DNA of 63,187 nt, counting the filler, from Trichomonas gallinae (taxonomy: Eukaryota): the NCBI GenBank assembly GCA_008369845.1. It is 3 parts of 3 records of this genome, joined end to end, with 100 filler letters (N's around TTAATTAATTAA, not from the genome) between each part and the next. Parts side by side here need not be neighbours in the genome. Positions count along the whole stretch, not along the records: positions 19,767 to 41,886 come from MRSU01000786.1; 2 more parts are not named here. One strand, 5' to 3'. Of this stretch, positions 23,135 to 33,610 are shown one piece after another. Both the position numbers and the translations under genes were made by a program. The first letter of the stretch is position 1. Each line of letters starts with the position of its first letter. The notes below the pieces were generated by a model. The model worked only from the letters and a program-made list of their open reading frames with translations, did no database searches and was not told where the DNA came from.

Positions 23135-24988
23135 ATGATTGGTTTTGGGAAGTCCAAATCTGTGGGAAATCTGACGAAAGCAGAAGGCTCTCCGCTTCTT
23201 TTGGACGTTGAGAATGAAAAGTCCATAGAATCTCCCGAAATTTTCGATGATTCAGATGTTTTAGAAACAATGAACTTAACACAGATGGCTATGCTTCTCG
23301 CAGCGTTCTGCTCTGTATCTGTCTGTGACAATGCACATATCATGTCGGAAATATGTCGTGTATTTAAAAATGCAACTACGTTATCACCGAATTTATTTAA
23401 ATCACCGTTAACACAGATGACAATCAACATGGTATTGATAGTTCCGTCAATTGCTATCATCTTGTCGCTGCTTTTCGTGAGAATGGAATGGATTCCTGAA
23501 TTCACCATCCAAAAGCCAGGCAAGTTCTTCAGATTACTTATTAGCTACGTTAGTATCGTTTCGTCCGTGCATTTCGGAGAAGCACTTGGATTTTATTTTA
23601 CAAACTCTACAGATTCGAGAATACCAAATATTTTATCATTAATTTTCTGCTACACAATCTGGAATGTCGGATTCTTCTGTTTGCATTTACTTAAGGTTGT
23701 TAATTACCATGAAACTTTTGGGTTTTACTTAATTATTCAAAATATGCCAGCATTTGTTCAATTTATCAACTCTTTGATCCTTAATGGCATTGATGGTGCC
23801 AAATCTGTTATCATTCTTGGTATTTTTGATTTATTATTTTATATTGCAGCTATGGTTTACAAATTCCGTGAAAATCCTTTTCCACTTTCCATTTGGAACA
23901 TTCGCATCATGACAACACTGTCTGCTTGCTTCTTAATTAGAGTCACACATATTTTCAACTATTTGTTCCCACAACTGACGGCTTATGATATGAACATTGC
24001 CTTCTTTGGCAGTTTATCCATTATATTATTCGAATACAAGCTCTCAGGATCTAAAGTTGGAAAAATAATTCGATCAAAAACGAATAAAACGTACAGTGAA
24101 GGCGTAGATGACTTTGATCTCCGTCCACAACGCTGCCAGCGCCCATTAATCGACTGGTGCATTCAAGATTACATAGTTTCTGCTTTCTTCCTTTTTTCGA
24201 TTGTCTCGATGACATTCATGAACGCAATTGCAGCCCAAAGGATGCCGATCTCTCGTCCTCTACCAGACCTCATGCACGAGTGGTTCCCAGTCGCTGAAAG
24301 AATCAGGAGCAGTGTTGATTTCTCTTCACAGTTCTCCAATATCATCTGCGCAATTTTGATTCCGGCCATGGTTGTTTTAGCTATGTGCGTTCCAGAAGTG
24401 ATAAACAATAGGAAGGTCTTCTTCTTGTACGCGATGCTCTCGTGGGCTCGTGGTGCTGCTTTCATAGTTACATCGCTTCCAGCTCCATGTTCTGGAGTTT
24501 CTAACTGTCCTTGTGCTGACCCTGCGAAAATCGCTTACATTAACACTTTCTCGCCTGTCGTTGTCGCCGTTATCTGGGTTTTCGGCATCGGCATGTTTGC
24601 GCCTGTCCCTCAGTGTGGTGATCTTATTGTATCAGGACACACTATGTTCATGTGGCTGACTTTTAAATGGTTCGTTGAGAATTCGAGGAGGATCGTCAAG
24701 AAAACGACTGTTAGGGTAGTGCAGGTTTTGTGTCTGTTCACTTTCCTTGTTGCTATATCATACATCATTGTCGCCCGCAACCATTACACGGTTGACTGCG
24801 TCTTCGGGTGGCTTCTCTCTGAGTGTTTTTATGATATATATGCTGCCTTGGAGAAAAAGGCTGTTTTCACGAACAACAAAAGTTTCATTGTTAGAATTGT
24901 TAGGTTCCTTGAAGTCAGGAAGTGGGAAATTTACAGGAAGAACTTCGAAGATGATGATATTGAACAAATTGAACAATTTTTATATTAG
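23135..24988 (+). CDS. Sphingomyelin synthase/IPC synthase family enzyme with long N-terminal multi-TM extension
   Basis: SMS motifs D1 PLPD, D2 RK.FFLYA....RGAAFIVTSLP, D3 CGDLIVSGHT and D4 RNHYTVD. ATG at 23135, preceded by CCTTT (M5-like) at 23121. Confidence 0.85.
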   Translation: MIGFGKSKSVGNLTKAEGSPLLLDVENEKSIESPEIFDDSDVLETMNLTQMAMLLAAFCSVSVCDNAHIMSEICRVFKNATTLSPNLFKSPLTQMTINMVLIVPSIAIILSLLFVRMEWIPEFTIQKPGKFFRLLISYVSIVSSVHFGEALGFYFTNSTDSRIPNILSLIFCYTIWNVGFFCLHLLKVVNYHETFGFYLIIQNMPAFVQFINSLILNGIDGAKSVIILGIFDLLFYIAAMVYKFRENPFPLSIWNIRIMTTLSACFLIRVTHIFNYLFPQLTAYDMNIAFFGSLSIILFEYKLSGSKVGKIIRSKTNKTYSEGVDDFDLRPQRCQRPLIDWCIQDYIVSAFFLFSIVSMTFMNAIAAQRMPISRPLPDLMHEWFPVAERIRSSVDFSSQFSNIICAILIPAMVVLAMCVPEVINNRKVFFLYAMLSWARGAAFIVTSLPAPCSGVSNCPCADPAKIAYINTFSPVVVAVIWVFGIGMFAPVPQCGDLIVSGHTMFMWLTFKWFVENSRRIVKKTTVRVVQVLCLFTFLVAISYIIVARNHYTVDCVFGWLLSECFYDIYAALEKKAVFTNNKSFIVRIVRFLEVRKWEIYRKNFEDDDIEQIEQFLY

Positions 24989-25207
24989 AAAAAAAAATAT
25001 TATTATAATGAAAAAAGCAAAACAACCTTCATGATCAAAAACACTTCATTAATATAGTCAAATAATAAGATTATTGAAAATTTATTATTTTAGTCATGGA
25101 GTGATTTTGGTGTAAGAAAATGTCTTAATATTGTATGTATATTATATATATTGATTACAAATTTAAATTAAAATTTAAGGTTATTATTAAATAGTTTACA
25201 AAATCAA

Positions 25208-26134
25208 ATGAATTTTTTTGATTTAAAAAACATAATAAGCAACTTCGATGTTTATGCCAATGACTCGAATTTCATAGAAAATATCTCCAAGAATGATATT
25301 ATTCGAATTCTCGATGAAATTAATCTTAATTCAAATCAATTCAAGCAGCTTTTCTTGAATCTATCACATAATCATGATAAGGTGTTCATTCTTAGCACTT
25401 TAAAGCATGCAATTGTAAATGTTGACGATAAAATTGAAGATATAAATTCGATTTTACAAACAATATCGCGAATTCTCAAAATACCACTCTTATTCAGTAT
25501 ATCTGATGCTATATCTCGACTAATTACTCCAAAAAATGATGATTTATCGATTTTAATTAAAATATCAAAAATTGAAAAAAACATTGATACTATTGGAGAA
25601 CACGTTCTGAATTTGAACATACAAAATTTCAAACAATATACCAAGAAAACTGACCATTTCTACCAAATATATGAAATTTTTGATAATTGCGCCAAAGAAG
25701 ATGATCTAGTAGCTCTAAAATTTGCTGCAAATGCTGGATTTCACAAGGTTATTTCAAACACACATCAATCAATTGTTCAAAGAGCTTCAATTACGAATGC
25801 AAAACTTATGAAATATCTTTTTGAGATTATTCCAGAAAAACTTGACCAAAACGAGCTACACGTAATATTTTATGTATTGTGCAGCAAAGGTGACTTAGAT
25901 GCTGTTAAATATCTATCAAAAATGCCTGGAATCAATATTAATGCGGGAACAGACTACAAATGGAATTCCTTAATGATTGCTGTTGTCAACGAACGCTACG
26001 AAACAGTCCAATTCTTACTTACATTGCCGGGTATCGATATCAATGCACCAGATAACACAGGACTGACAGCATTGTCAAGAGCAAAATCGCAGAGAATGAA
26101 AAATATTCTTTTATCATGTGGTGCACGAGAATGA
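25208..26134 (+). CDS. Ankyrin-repeat protein with Trichomonas-type N-terminal helical domain
   Basis: KGDLDAVKYL..PGININA, WNSLMIAV...ETVQFLL..PGIDINAPDNTGLTAL, terminal ILLSCGAR. Confidence 0.85.
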   Translation: MNFFDLKNIISNFDVYANDSNFIENISKNDIIRILDEINLNSNQFKQLFLNLSHNHDKVFILSTLKHAIVNVDDKIEDINSILQTISRILKIPLLFSISDAISRLITPKNDDLSILIKISKIEKNIDTIGEHVLNLNIQNFKQYTKKTDHFYQIYEIFDNCAKEDDLVALKFAANAGFHKVISNTHQSIVQRASITNAKLMKYLFEIIPEKLDQNELHVIFYVLCSKGDLDAVKYLSKMPGININAGTDYKWNSLMIAVVNERYETVQFLLTLPGIDINAPDNTGLTALSRAKSQRMKNILLSCGARE

Positions 26135-26287
26135 ATTTACTTTATTTTCAACAAGTATTTCAATTTTAATACTCACAGTTGTATATAAATGAAGATGAGC
26201 ATCTGCTGGATATTAAATCTTGGTTGTGAATACAAAAATATATATCAAGGATTATTCTAAAACTTTAAACATTAACCACAACAGCTC

Positions 26288-26450
26288 CACCTCCGAGAAA
26301 GCTGACATAAAACGTGCTGCAACAAACTTCGCACACGATCTCTCCGACTCAGAGATCATGGCAACAGTCCTCAAGCATGTCGCCCCAGAGTGCTGCAGAA
26401 TGAAGCCAATGAACAATGAAAGAAACAGAGAATCAAGCCAAATGAAGTAG
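26288..26450 (+). pseudogene. Fimbrin/plastin calponin-homology domain fragment
   Basis: HL[+1]EKADIKRAATNFAHDLSDSEIMATVLKHVAPECCRMKPMN resembles fimbrin CH2 (HL.KAG..R..TNF..D..DSE....L.QIAP..C...P.N). High-expression codons inside AT-rich DNA; no valid start. Confidence 0.65.
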
Positions 26451-26898
26451 TACAATATCATATTTATAGTTGCCTCAAAAACCTGTCACCACCAGGATAA
26501 AAGTGGTTTATAATATCTAATATTATAACTATTTAACTGTGCTTATGTATATTGCATGAAATAATTGATGTTAATCAGTAAATGCGCTCATATTTACTAT
26601 ATTATATATTAAAAGAAGGAAATAAGTATATATAATTTCATGAGAATTATTTCGGAGGAGATAGGATATAGTAACAAAAGCAATACCATACTCAAGATTC
26701 TTATTATCTATATTGATGAGAAAGACTTCCATTGGTTTGAATATAACATATCCCACAGTAAAATAATGCAATGATCAATGAAAGAAAGCTTAAATATGAA
26801 TCTCGTTTTTTTTGGAAAATCTGATTATGTAAAGTGATATTGTCAAATATGATAATTTACATGTCATAAATTCCTTAGGATGTGAAAAGTGACAAATA

Positions 26899-27624
26899 AT
26901 GGAGGAAATTTTCGAAAATACTTGGAGATCGATTTACAACGCGTATTTAATACCAGAAGCATATCCAACATTCTGCGATTTCAGTAAAACTGATGCGCAG
27001 GTTATATCTAATAATAACGAAGAAGATCCATTTTTCGAATATGAATCTGAAGTTTGTGACTTTAAACTTAAGTCAGAAATTGAAGATTGCAACAATATCT
27101 GCAATTCTGCTTTAGATGATCTATTTTATCAACTAGAAAACCAAAGTTCACAGATTGAATTGCCACCACCTCAATATTTCCCAGTTCAAATAAACGGCAT
27201 CAATATTCCCAAGAACGAAAACAAGAATCTTGCAAGACATGCTGAAGGAAGATCAACAATTGGAGAAATTAAAGCAAGATCTGTATCATCGCGCGTTATG
27301 TCAAACAAAGAATTATATGAGATGAAAATGGAAGAAGAGAAGCGTAAACGTAGAGAAGAAAAGCTCGAACTCATTAAAAATATGACTGAAGAAGAAAGGG
27401 AAGCTTTAATCGAAAAGAAGGAGAGGGCTAGGAAGGCTTTGGTACAAACAAGAGCAAAACACGAAAGAGAAGAAGTAAGACAAAGAAAAGAGGAGAATGA
27501 AAGAAATCGTGACTTAGAAAAGAAGAAAGCGGAAAAAGAAGAGCAAATGCAAAAATACAAGAGAACTCTTAAAGAACGAGCGGGCAGCCCGAGAAGAGTA
27601 TTACGAAGAGATGTTTACAACTAA
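26899..27624 (+). CDS. Hypothetical coiled-coil protein (E/K/R-rich C-terminus)
   Basis: 241-aa ORF. AAAGTGAC ends 6 nt before the ATG; TAAA at the stop. Confidence 0.7.
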   Translation: MEEIFENTWRSIYNAYLIPEAYPTFCDFSKTDAQVISNNNEEDPFFEYESEVCDFKLKSEIEDCNNICNSALDDLFYQLENQSSQIELPPPQYFPVQINGINIPKNENKNLARHAEGRSTIGEIKARSVSSRVMSNKELYEMKMEEEKRKRREEKLELIKNMTEEEREALIEKKERARKALVQTRAKHEREEVRQRKEENERNRDLEKKKAEKEEQMQKYKRTLKERAGSPRRVLRRDVYN

Positions 27625-27949
27625 AAATAAACATTAATTCAGTATAAAACCTTTTTACTACTCATATCCCAACAAAATCAATAACTTAAATATCTTCTAA
27701 AACGCAAAAAAAAATTGATATAAAAAGATATGAAATAAATATTTAGTAAAATTTGGTATATAGCTGAGAAATGATGATACTGTTGAGATGTTAAGAACTG
27801 AAAATGGATGTTTGTGATTTTGACATGTAAAATGTGTCGACATTTGATTTTTTGTCAAATTTTTGACAAATAATTTGTAAACTGACAAAACGTTTTTTGT
27901 AAATAAATTTGTTAGAAATTAAAAGTGACAATAATCAAATAATTATTAT

Positions 27950-29569
27950 ATGACTGATATTGAACAATCTTCCGAAGAAGATGATTGGAAGATGTTCGAT
28001 GATGTCGGGATGAGGAAACTGACGCTCCAGGAAATAGAAAAAATATACAAATTCTCAGGAATTATCGCGCAAAATCGAAATGCGAGCGTTAGACTGGCAA
28101 TTCATATTGTTACAGGTGATAAAGTTGCCATGAAAATCCTCAACAAGTCCCAACTGAGAGAACAGCACAAAAAGGTTCTACTTCTCCGCGAAATTTCAAC
28201 ATTAAAATTATTAGGTGATTGCAAAAACGTCACAGAATTATACGACGTCATTGATTCCGGAGACAGAATCTGGGTTATCATGGAATACGCAGGAGGTGGA
28301 GAACTTTTTGACTTTATTAAGGCAAAGGCTCCACTGACAGATTCAGATGCACGCGAAGTCTTTCGTCCAATCGTTAAAGTCGTTGCCTACATGCACTCTT
28401 TGCACTGTGTGCACAGAGATCTTAAGCTTGAAAACGTTATGCTCGATGACAGAGGAAAAATTCGATTAACAGATTTTGGATTTTCAAGATATTACGATCC
28501 AAAAGATGGTTTAATCGATTCGAGCTGTGGTACACCTCATTACTCACCACCTGAAATTATCAAAGGTATTCCACATAACCCGATATATGTCGATTCTTGG
28601 TCACTAGGTGTTATTTTATATGTAACGCTCTGTGGTGACTTTCCGTTCAAAGGTCTTTCGATTCCAGAGCTTCTTCAGTCGATTGTTAAAGCAGATCTAA
28701 AAATTCCATCATTACCAACAGAACTCGCTACAGATCTTATAAAACGCTTGCTTAATCCCAACCCAAATGAGCGTCCGACACCAGCTGAAATCATGAATGA
28801 CCCTTGGATCAATAAAAATAGATTACCAAAAGCTTCAGTGAAAGATCACACAGCGCGTATTAACAGAGCTGCATTGCATGTGATCAAGGACCTCGGCATC
28901 CTTCAAGATGGACAAGAAGATCATATGGATGTTGATCAAACAATTACATATCGTTTAATCCGTCGTAAATATCAACTCGGCTACGTCAGCTTGCCAAATG
29001 TTGGCTTAGCAAGACCGTCAGAGCCACTACCATCGATGACTTCCACAAAACATTTACCAGCAATCGCTCCACCTGTCAGAGTTCGTCCAATGCCTTTCGG
29101 AATGACTACACCTCAAGCCAAAGACCGCTTGCCAACTTTAGACCCGTTTTTGAAAGTTTCGAAATTACGTTGCCAAACTGCGCAAAAGAAGCAAAGATCC
29201 GTTGCCACGAAAGCGCAAGCAAGAACAAGAAACATACGAAAAGATCAAATGATGAGGTTCTTATCTCTCTTCAAAGATATCGAACTTCCAATTTTAAATT
29301 GCCAGCATACAACTCTTGACGACCCCAAAGTTTTGTGGGAGAAGCTTTTCGCTTTCATGTCGAAAGAAGATAATATTGATATTGTATCTGAATACGATTT
29401 CTCTTTATATTGCAAGATCAAAGGACAGCGCGAAGTCTACTTCTCATTGACAATGGGATGCGTACACAGAGGATTTGGATTGATTGGATTTACAATTCAA
29501 AAAATTAAAGGAGATCAATACGCTCTTGATGACTTTGAAGCAAGACTGTGCGAGTTCCTTGGATTCTGA
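27950..29569 (+). CDS. SNF1/MARK-like (CAMKL) kinase with probable C-terminal KA1-like domain
   Basis: VAMK, MEYAGGGELFD, HRDLKLEN, DFG, SCGTPHYSPPE, DSWSLG. C-terminal FTIQKIKGDQY is KA1-like. The Gly-rich loop is degenerate. Confidence 0.9.
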   Translation: MTDIEQSSEEDDWKMFDDVGMRKLTLQEIEKIYKFSGIIAQNRNASVRLAIHIVTGDKVAMKILNKSQLREQHKKVLLLREISTLKLLGDCKNVTELYDVIDSGDRIWVIMEYAGGGELFDFIKAKAPLTDSDAREVFRPIVKVVAYMHSLHCVHRDLKLENVMLDDRGKIRLTDFGFSRYYDPKDGLIDSSCGTPHYSPPEIIKGIPHNPIYVDSWSLGVILYVTLCGDFPFKGLSIPELLQSIVKADLKIPSLPTELATDLIKRLLNPNPNERPTPAEIMNDPWINKNRLPKASVKDHTARINRAALHVIKDLGILQDGQEDHMDVDQTITYRLIRRKYQLGYVSLPNVGLARPSEPLPSMTSTKHLPAIAPPVRVRPMPFGMTTPQAKDRLPTLDPFLKVSKLRCQTAQKKQRSVATKAQARTRNIRKDQMMRFLSLFKDIELPILNCQHTTLDDPKVLWEKLFAFMSKEDNIDIVSEYDFSLYCKIKGQREVYFSLTMGCVHRGFGLIGFTIQKIKGDQYALDDFEARLCEFLGF

Positions 29570-30066
29570 TCTGTTTGTTTATATTAAATTTGTTATTTTC
29601 TATCCTAATTCAAAATTTTCCAAAATTATTTCTTGAATTTCAAAAGTTAATCATTTGAAAATGAATGTATTAATAAGGCGATAAAGAGTATAAACTATTT
29701 ATTCATGAAATTTATTTTGATCAAGTATTTTATAAAATGATAAATAGAATATTTCAATGAATTTTTGAGTTTTTGCAAAATTGAATATAAAATATGGTTT
29801 ATAATCCAAAATAGAATAATATCTATTATGTGAAATTAGATAAAAATGAAGTTAATTTTTGGAAAAATCAAAAAATGCAAAAATATCAACTTATTTTTGT
29901 AGAAGGTGTAATTAACAAAAACCATGAATAGAATATCATTCATTTTGCCAAAATTTAAATATAGAACTAATACAGCCTGCAGATGCTATATTTTGAGCTA
30001 AGTGAAATCTTCAAATTCGATAAATTATAAATAAAATGTCACTTTTATGTCATTAGATATAAAACA

Positions 30067-30519
30067 ATGACTGAGAGAGTTAAGGCTCTGATGGACGAAA
30101 TGAAAGCTGCGAGAGCAGAACTCGACAGGATTCAGGACGAGCCATTCGACAAAGAAAAATCGGATAAATTACGCGAGGAATTAATGCAATTAAAGGCAAA
30201 ATATCATGAAAACCAAGTTTACATTGACAATCACTTAAACGATCCAAATTTCGTTCCTTCTCACAAGGATGATTGTGTTAGAAGGCACGTACCTCGTTAT
30301 GAAAGATTATTCAAACCACAGCCAGATGATTGGAAGACTGTCGGTCAGGTTTACTACCCGCAGAGCCCAGAGGAGGAAATCTGCCACCCAACGCCTTACA
30401 TGAATTGTTCGTGCTATCCACAAATCAAGACAATCTGCACAGTCAACTGGCAAAACCGTCCAGTTGTTGACGAACGCGTATACGAAAGACCATGGAATAA
30501 GATTTACAAACCAAAATAA
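30067..30519 (+). CDS. Hypothetical protein, 150 aa (N-terminal coiled coil)
   Basis: Coding-like composition. GTCACTTT and TCATT upstream; TAAA at the stop. Confidence 0.7.
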   Translation: MTERVKALMDEMKAARAELDRIQDEPFDKEKSDKLREELMQLKAKYHENQVYIDNHLNDPNFVPSHKDDCVRRHVPRYERLFKPQPDDWKTVGQVYYPQSPEEEICHPTPYMNCSCYPQIKTICTVNWQNRPVVDERVYERPWNKIYKPK

Positions 30520-30696
30520 ATGTATTTTTAATTTTGTTGTCTAAAACTGCTCACAGGGACATATAAATCGATTTTTATGTAAGTTTAATAGTAAAATCAA
30601 GTCATTTTTGCCAAGATTATTGGTCTTATTAATTTTTTCGAAATAAGAGAAAAAAATACAAACAATTTAAATAGTATTGTTATATAATAAGTTTGT

Positions 30697-31443
30697 TTAT
30701 TCTTCAACAGCACGTAAATACCAGGTCGGTTTGGTGTTAAGCTCATCAAAGTTGTTGTTGAGCTCAACATCTGGTTTCCACTTAGTAAGGACCTTCTTGG
30801 GAATTTCTTCTTCTGGTTCAACGACCTGATCGAGGACATCTTCTTCTGGCTGTTCTTCATTAACTTCTTCTTCCTCGATTTCACCATCAATCTGTGCGTA
30901 TTCACCATGCTGTGCTATTGTCTTGCCCTGAACTTCCCACTTGGCACGGCCGAGAGGCTGATCATTCTGGAAAACACCAGTGTATACTAATCCATTCTTT
31001 GTTGTCCACTTCATAACACCATGACGGCGTCCGCGGCGGTATTCGCCCTCAAAGACGCTGCCATCTGATACAACTGTATAAACACCGTGTCCGTGACGAC
31101 GGCCAAACTGCCAATCGCCCTCATATGTATCTCCGTTTGGATATGTATATATGCCTTTTCCATGACGCCAGTTTTCGAACCAAATGCCTTGATAAGTGGA
31201 ATTATCGGGGTAGTGCATAATTCCGAATCCTTGGCGCTTATGGTTGACGTATTCGCCTTCGTACATGCCGCCCTTCTTCCATGTGTATCTACCTTTACCG
31301 TTCCTCATGCCGTTTAAATACATGCCTTCGTAGATGTCACCGTTAGTAAAGATCATTTTACCATATCCAGAGCGCTGACCGGCCTCATCACGTTCACCCT
31401 CATATGTACCAATATCTAATTGATCTTCTTCCTCGTCTCCCAT
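30697..31443 (-). CDS. RSPH1: MORN-repeat protein, radial spoke head 1 homolog
   Basis: N-terminal DIGTYEGERDEAGQRSGYGK, about 6 MORN repeats (YEG.Y..G.R.G.G.Y) and an acidic tail. Confidence 0.75.
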   Translation of the reverse strand: MGDEEEDQLDIGTYEGERDEAGQRSGYGKMIFTNGDIYEGMYLNGMRNGKGRYTWKKGGMYEGEYVNHKRQGFGIMHYPDNSTYQGIWFENWRHGKGIYTYPNGDTYEGDWQFGRRHGHGVYTVVSDGSVFEGEYRRGRRHGVMKWTTKNGLVYTGVFQNDQPLGRAKWEVQGKTIAQHGEYAQIDGEIEEEEVNEEQPEEDVLDQVVEPEEEIPKKVLTKWKPDVELNNNFDELNTKPTWYLRAVEE

Positions 31444-31948
31444 TCAACGAATTTGTCACCTTTCGTTCGTTAATTAAAAAACGCGTTCCTTCAAAAAACG
31501 ACATTTTCGCATAGCAAGCACATGTTTTTATTGGATATTTCTATTATTCCTTACATATTACAGATATATATCGAGCCAGTTCATTGATATCTCGATTATT
31601 GGTGATTTTGTCAAAATGTAAAGTGTCAAAAGTCATTTTTTATACGTTTTTTCTCTTATCTTTCCTAGATTATATTATGCATAACAATATATTTGCATTG
31701 AAATTTTAGCTTGTATATATTCAAGGAAACATAATATTATCTTCATTTTACAACATAAATCAACATATTTCAGAACAATTTTGGGATTTATCTGTCCTAT
31801 TGTATTCTTTGTGTATGAAATGAGATATTCTTCCTTCAAATAAACAACAAAATTCTCAATACACTTGAATAGAGAAGCTTTGATGGATATAAGAATTTCT
31901 TATTGATCACTTACATGTATTATTTTACCAGCATTTGACATCATTTCA

Positions 31949-32101
31949 TTTACATGACAAAATCTAATTTACATGACAATATATGATTTACATGACACCA
32001 TATGACAATTTACATGTCATTACATTATTTACATTACACAATTTAATTTACATGACAAAATAAAATGATTTACATGACAAAATATTATGATTTACATGAC
32101 A
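31949..32101. repeat. Phased array of eight TTTACATGACA-type 11-mers
   Basis: Exact TTTACATGACA at 31949, 31968, 31987, 32047, 32069 and 32091; variants TTTACATGTCA at 32009 and TTTACATTACA at 32028. Periods 19,19,22,19,19,22,22. Confidence 0.9.
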
Positions 32102-32155
32102 AAGTGTCAAAATCGCATGACCATTTAAATTTTAATTTGAAAGATTTACATAAAA

Positions 32156-33610
32156 ATGTCAAGTGTATTCCTCAGCTTCGGTCCAAAGAGTGGATTCCTT
32201 GTCGGACACACTCTAAACAGCATGATTGAGTGCCAAGACTCACCGCCAACATGGTATGGAGAGTCTATGCATGGGTTGCTTCCAAATGTTGTCTTCTACG
32301 ATAACGCAAAGACAGTTCACTTGTACGAAGACTACAGCCTCGACTTCGAGAAAGATGGCACACAGTCAAACGTCCAAAAATTCGATCTCCCGAAAGATGG
32401 TCCAGTGCAAATGCCAACTTTCAAGCCAACACCATTCATTGAATACATCAAGAAGGGTGGAGCCACTTTTCTCCCGTTGGATCAGCCAAGACCAAACTTC
32501 AAACTCGAAGATTCGACAATTGGCTGGTGCGACATCGTGAATTTCAACATGAGCAGGCGTTCATTTGTCGAAATCCCAGGAACGGACCTTGAGCCAATGA
32601 CAACATTCCAAAATGGCTTCAACAGAGCTGCAGACAGCGAAAATTATGATGACTACACTGATCCAATCCGCAGACAGTTCGAAAACTGCGACCGTGTTGC
32701 ATCTGTTATATTCACAGCAGACAGAAATGACGGATATGGTGGCTTCTGCACAAAGCTGTCTGAATATGTACAAGAAGAAACTCCAAAAGCTGTTAGATTC
32801 GTATTCACGACAGCAGAAGATGTTCCATCAGATGAAATAGCTGCTAATGCATCTCTTTCAACGGCAGCATTCCTTGAATTTGCTGATATTCATACAATTC
32901 TTGTTCCACCAACAACTTTTCCAAAAATTATCGATGAAACACGCTACAAATCAGCAAATGATTACTCGAGGATGGCTCTTTTATCAATGCCACTGACTGC
33001 ATCTCTTATTCCGTTATTAAACGGATCATGCAACGCTCGCAAGTACAAAGATATCATTGCTCCAAGCAGCATACTCAAATTCACAGCCCTTGACTCATGC
33101 TTCCCGACATTTGATGAAATGGTCAATTTCTCATTCAAAGCAGAAGAGAGAGTTCTTTCGTCATTCATCACAACATGCGGTGTAGGCAATGCATCGCCAG
33201 AGCTAGTCGAAAAGTTCAAACCAGAATCACCTTATTTCTTCGATCACGCGTCATCCAACCAACCATTATTCGTCGGCATAACAATGCCACACTTCTTCCG
33301 CGACGAATATGTTACACGCGAGGGCATGAAGCCGACGCAGAAGCCTCCGGCTTTGAGCGACGCAGACTACCAGAGGCTCGTTGCCGCCGGCGTGATCAAG
33401 CCAAAGCTCGGCGTGAAGTGCGAATCACTCAGAGCTTTATCCGCTGTGGCTCACTTCTCGACATCGAAGTCGCTCGCAGTCCAGCTCGAGAACACAGTTG
33501 GATTCATCAGAGGCGCGCCAAACATCTTGCACGACATCACACAGACAGACTGCTCGCAGATGGTTGAGAACGTTCTTAATATTGTCGATGGACTTCGCGC
33601 AGATGAGTAA
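32156..33610 (+). CDS. MSTO1: Misato/DML1 tubulin-like protein
   Basis: N-terminal FLSFGPKSGFLVGH (Misato segment II, LQLG.FAGFVG.H) and IRRQFENCDRV....ADRNDGYGGF...L.EYVQEE.PK (tubulin-like ECD...D..DGF.G motif). Confidence 0.72.
   Translation: MSSVFLSFGPKSGFLVGHTLNSMIECQDSPPTWYGESMHGLLPNVVFYDNAKTVHLYEDYSLDFEKDGTQSNVQKFDLPKDGPVQMPTFKPTPFIEYIKKGGATFLPLDQPRPNFKLEDSTIGWCDIVNFNMSRRSFVEIPGTDLEPMTTFQNGFNRAADSENYDDYTDPIRRQFENCDRVASVIFTADRNDGYGGFCTKLSEYVQEETPKAVRFVFTTAEDVPSDEIAANASLSTAAFLEFADIHTILVPPTTFPKIIDETRYKSANDYSRMALLSMPLTASLIPLLNGSCNARKYKDIIAPSSILKFTALDSCFPTFDEMVNFSFKAEERVLSSFITTCGVGNASPELVEKFKPESPYFFDHASSNQPLFVGITMPHFFRDEYVTREGMKPTQKPPALSDADYQRLVAAGVIKPKLGVKCESLRALSAVAHFSTSKSLAVQLENTVGFIRGAPNILHDITQTDCSQMVENVLNIVDGLRADE

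Noticed and set aside
31949..32101. CRISPR array
   Set aside because: The 11-nt repeats and 8-11-nt spacers are far too short, there are no cas genes, and the context is eukaryotic.
26899..33610. Functional cluster of flagellar/cytoskeletal genes
   Set aside because: Too few genes, mixed with unrelated ones; such genes are common in a flagellate genome.
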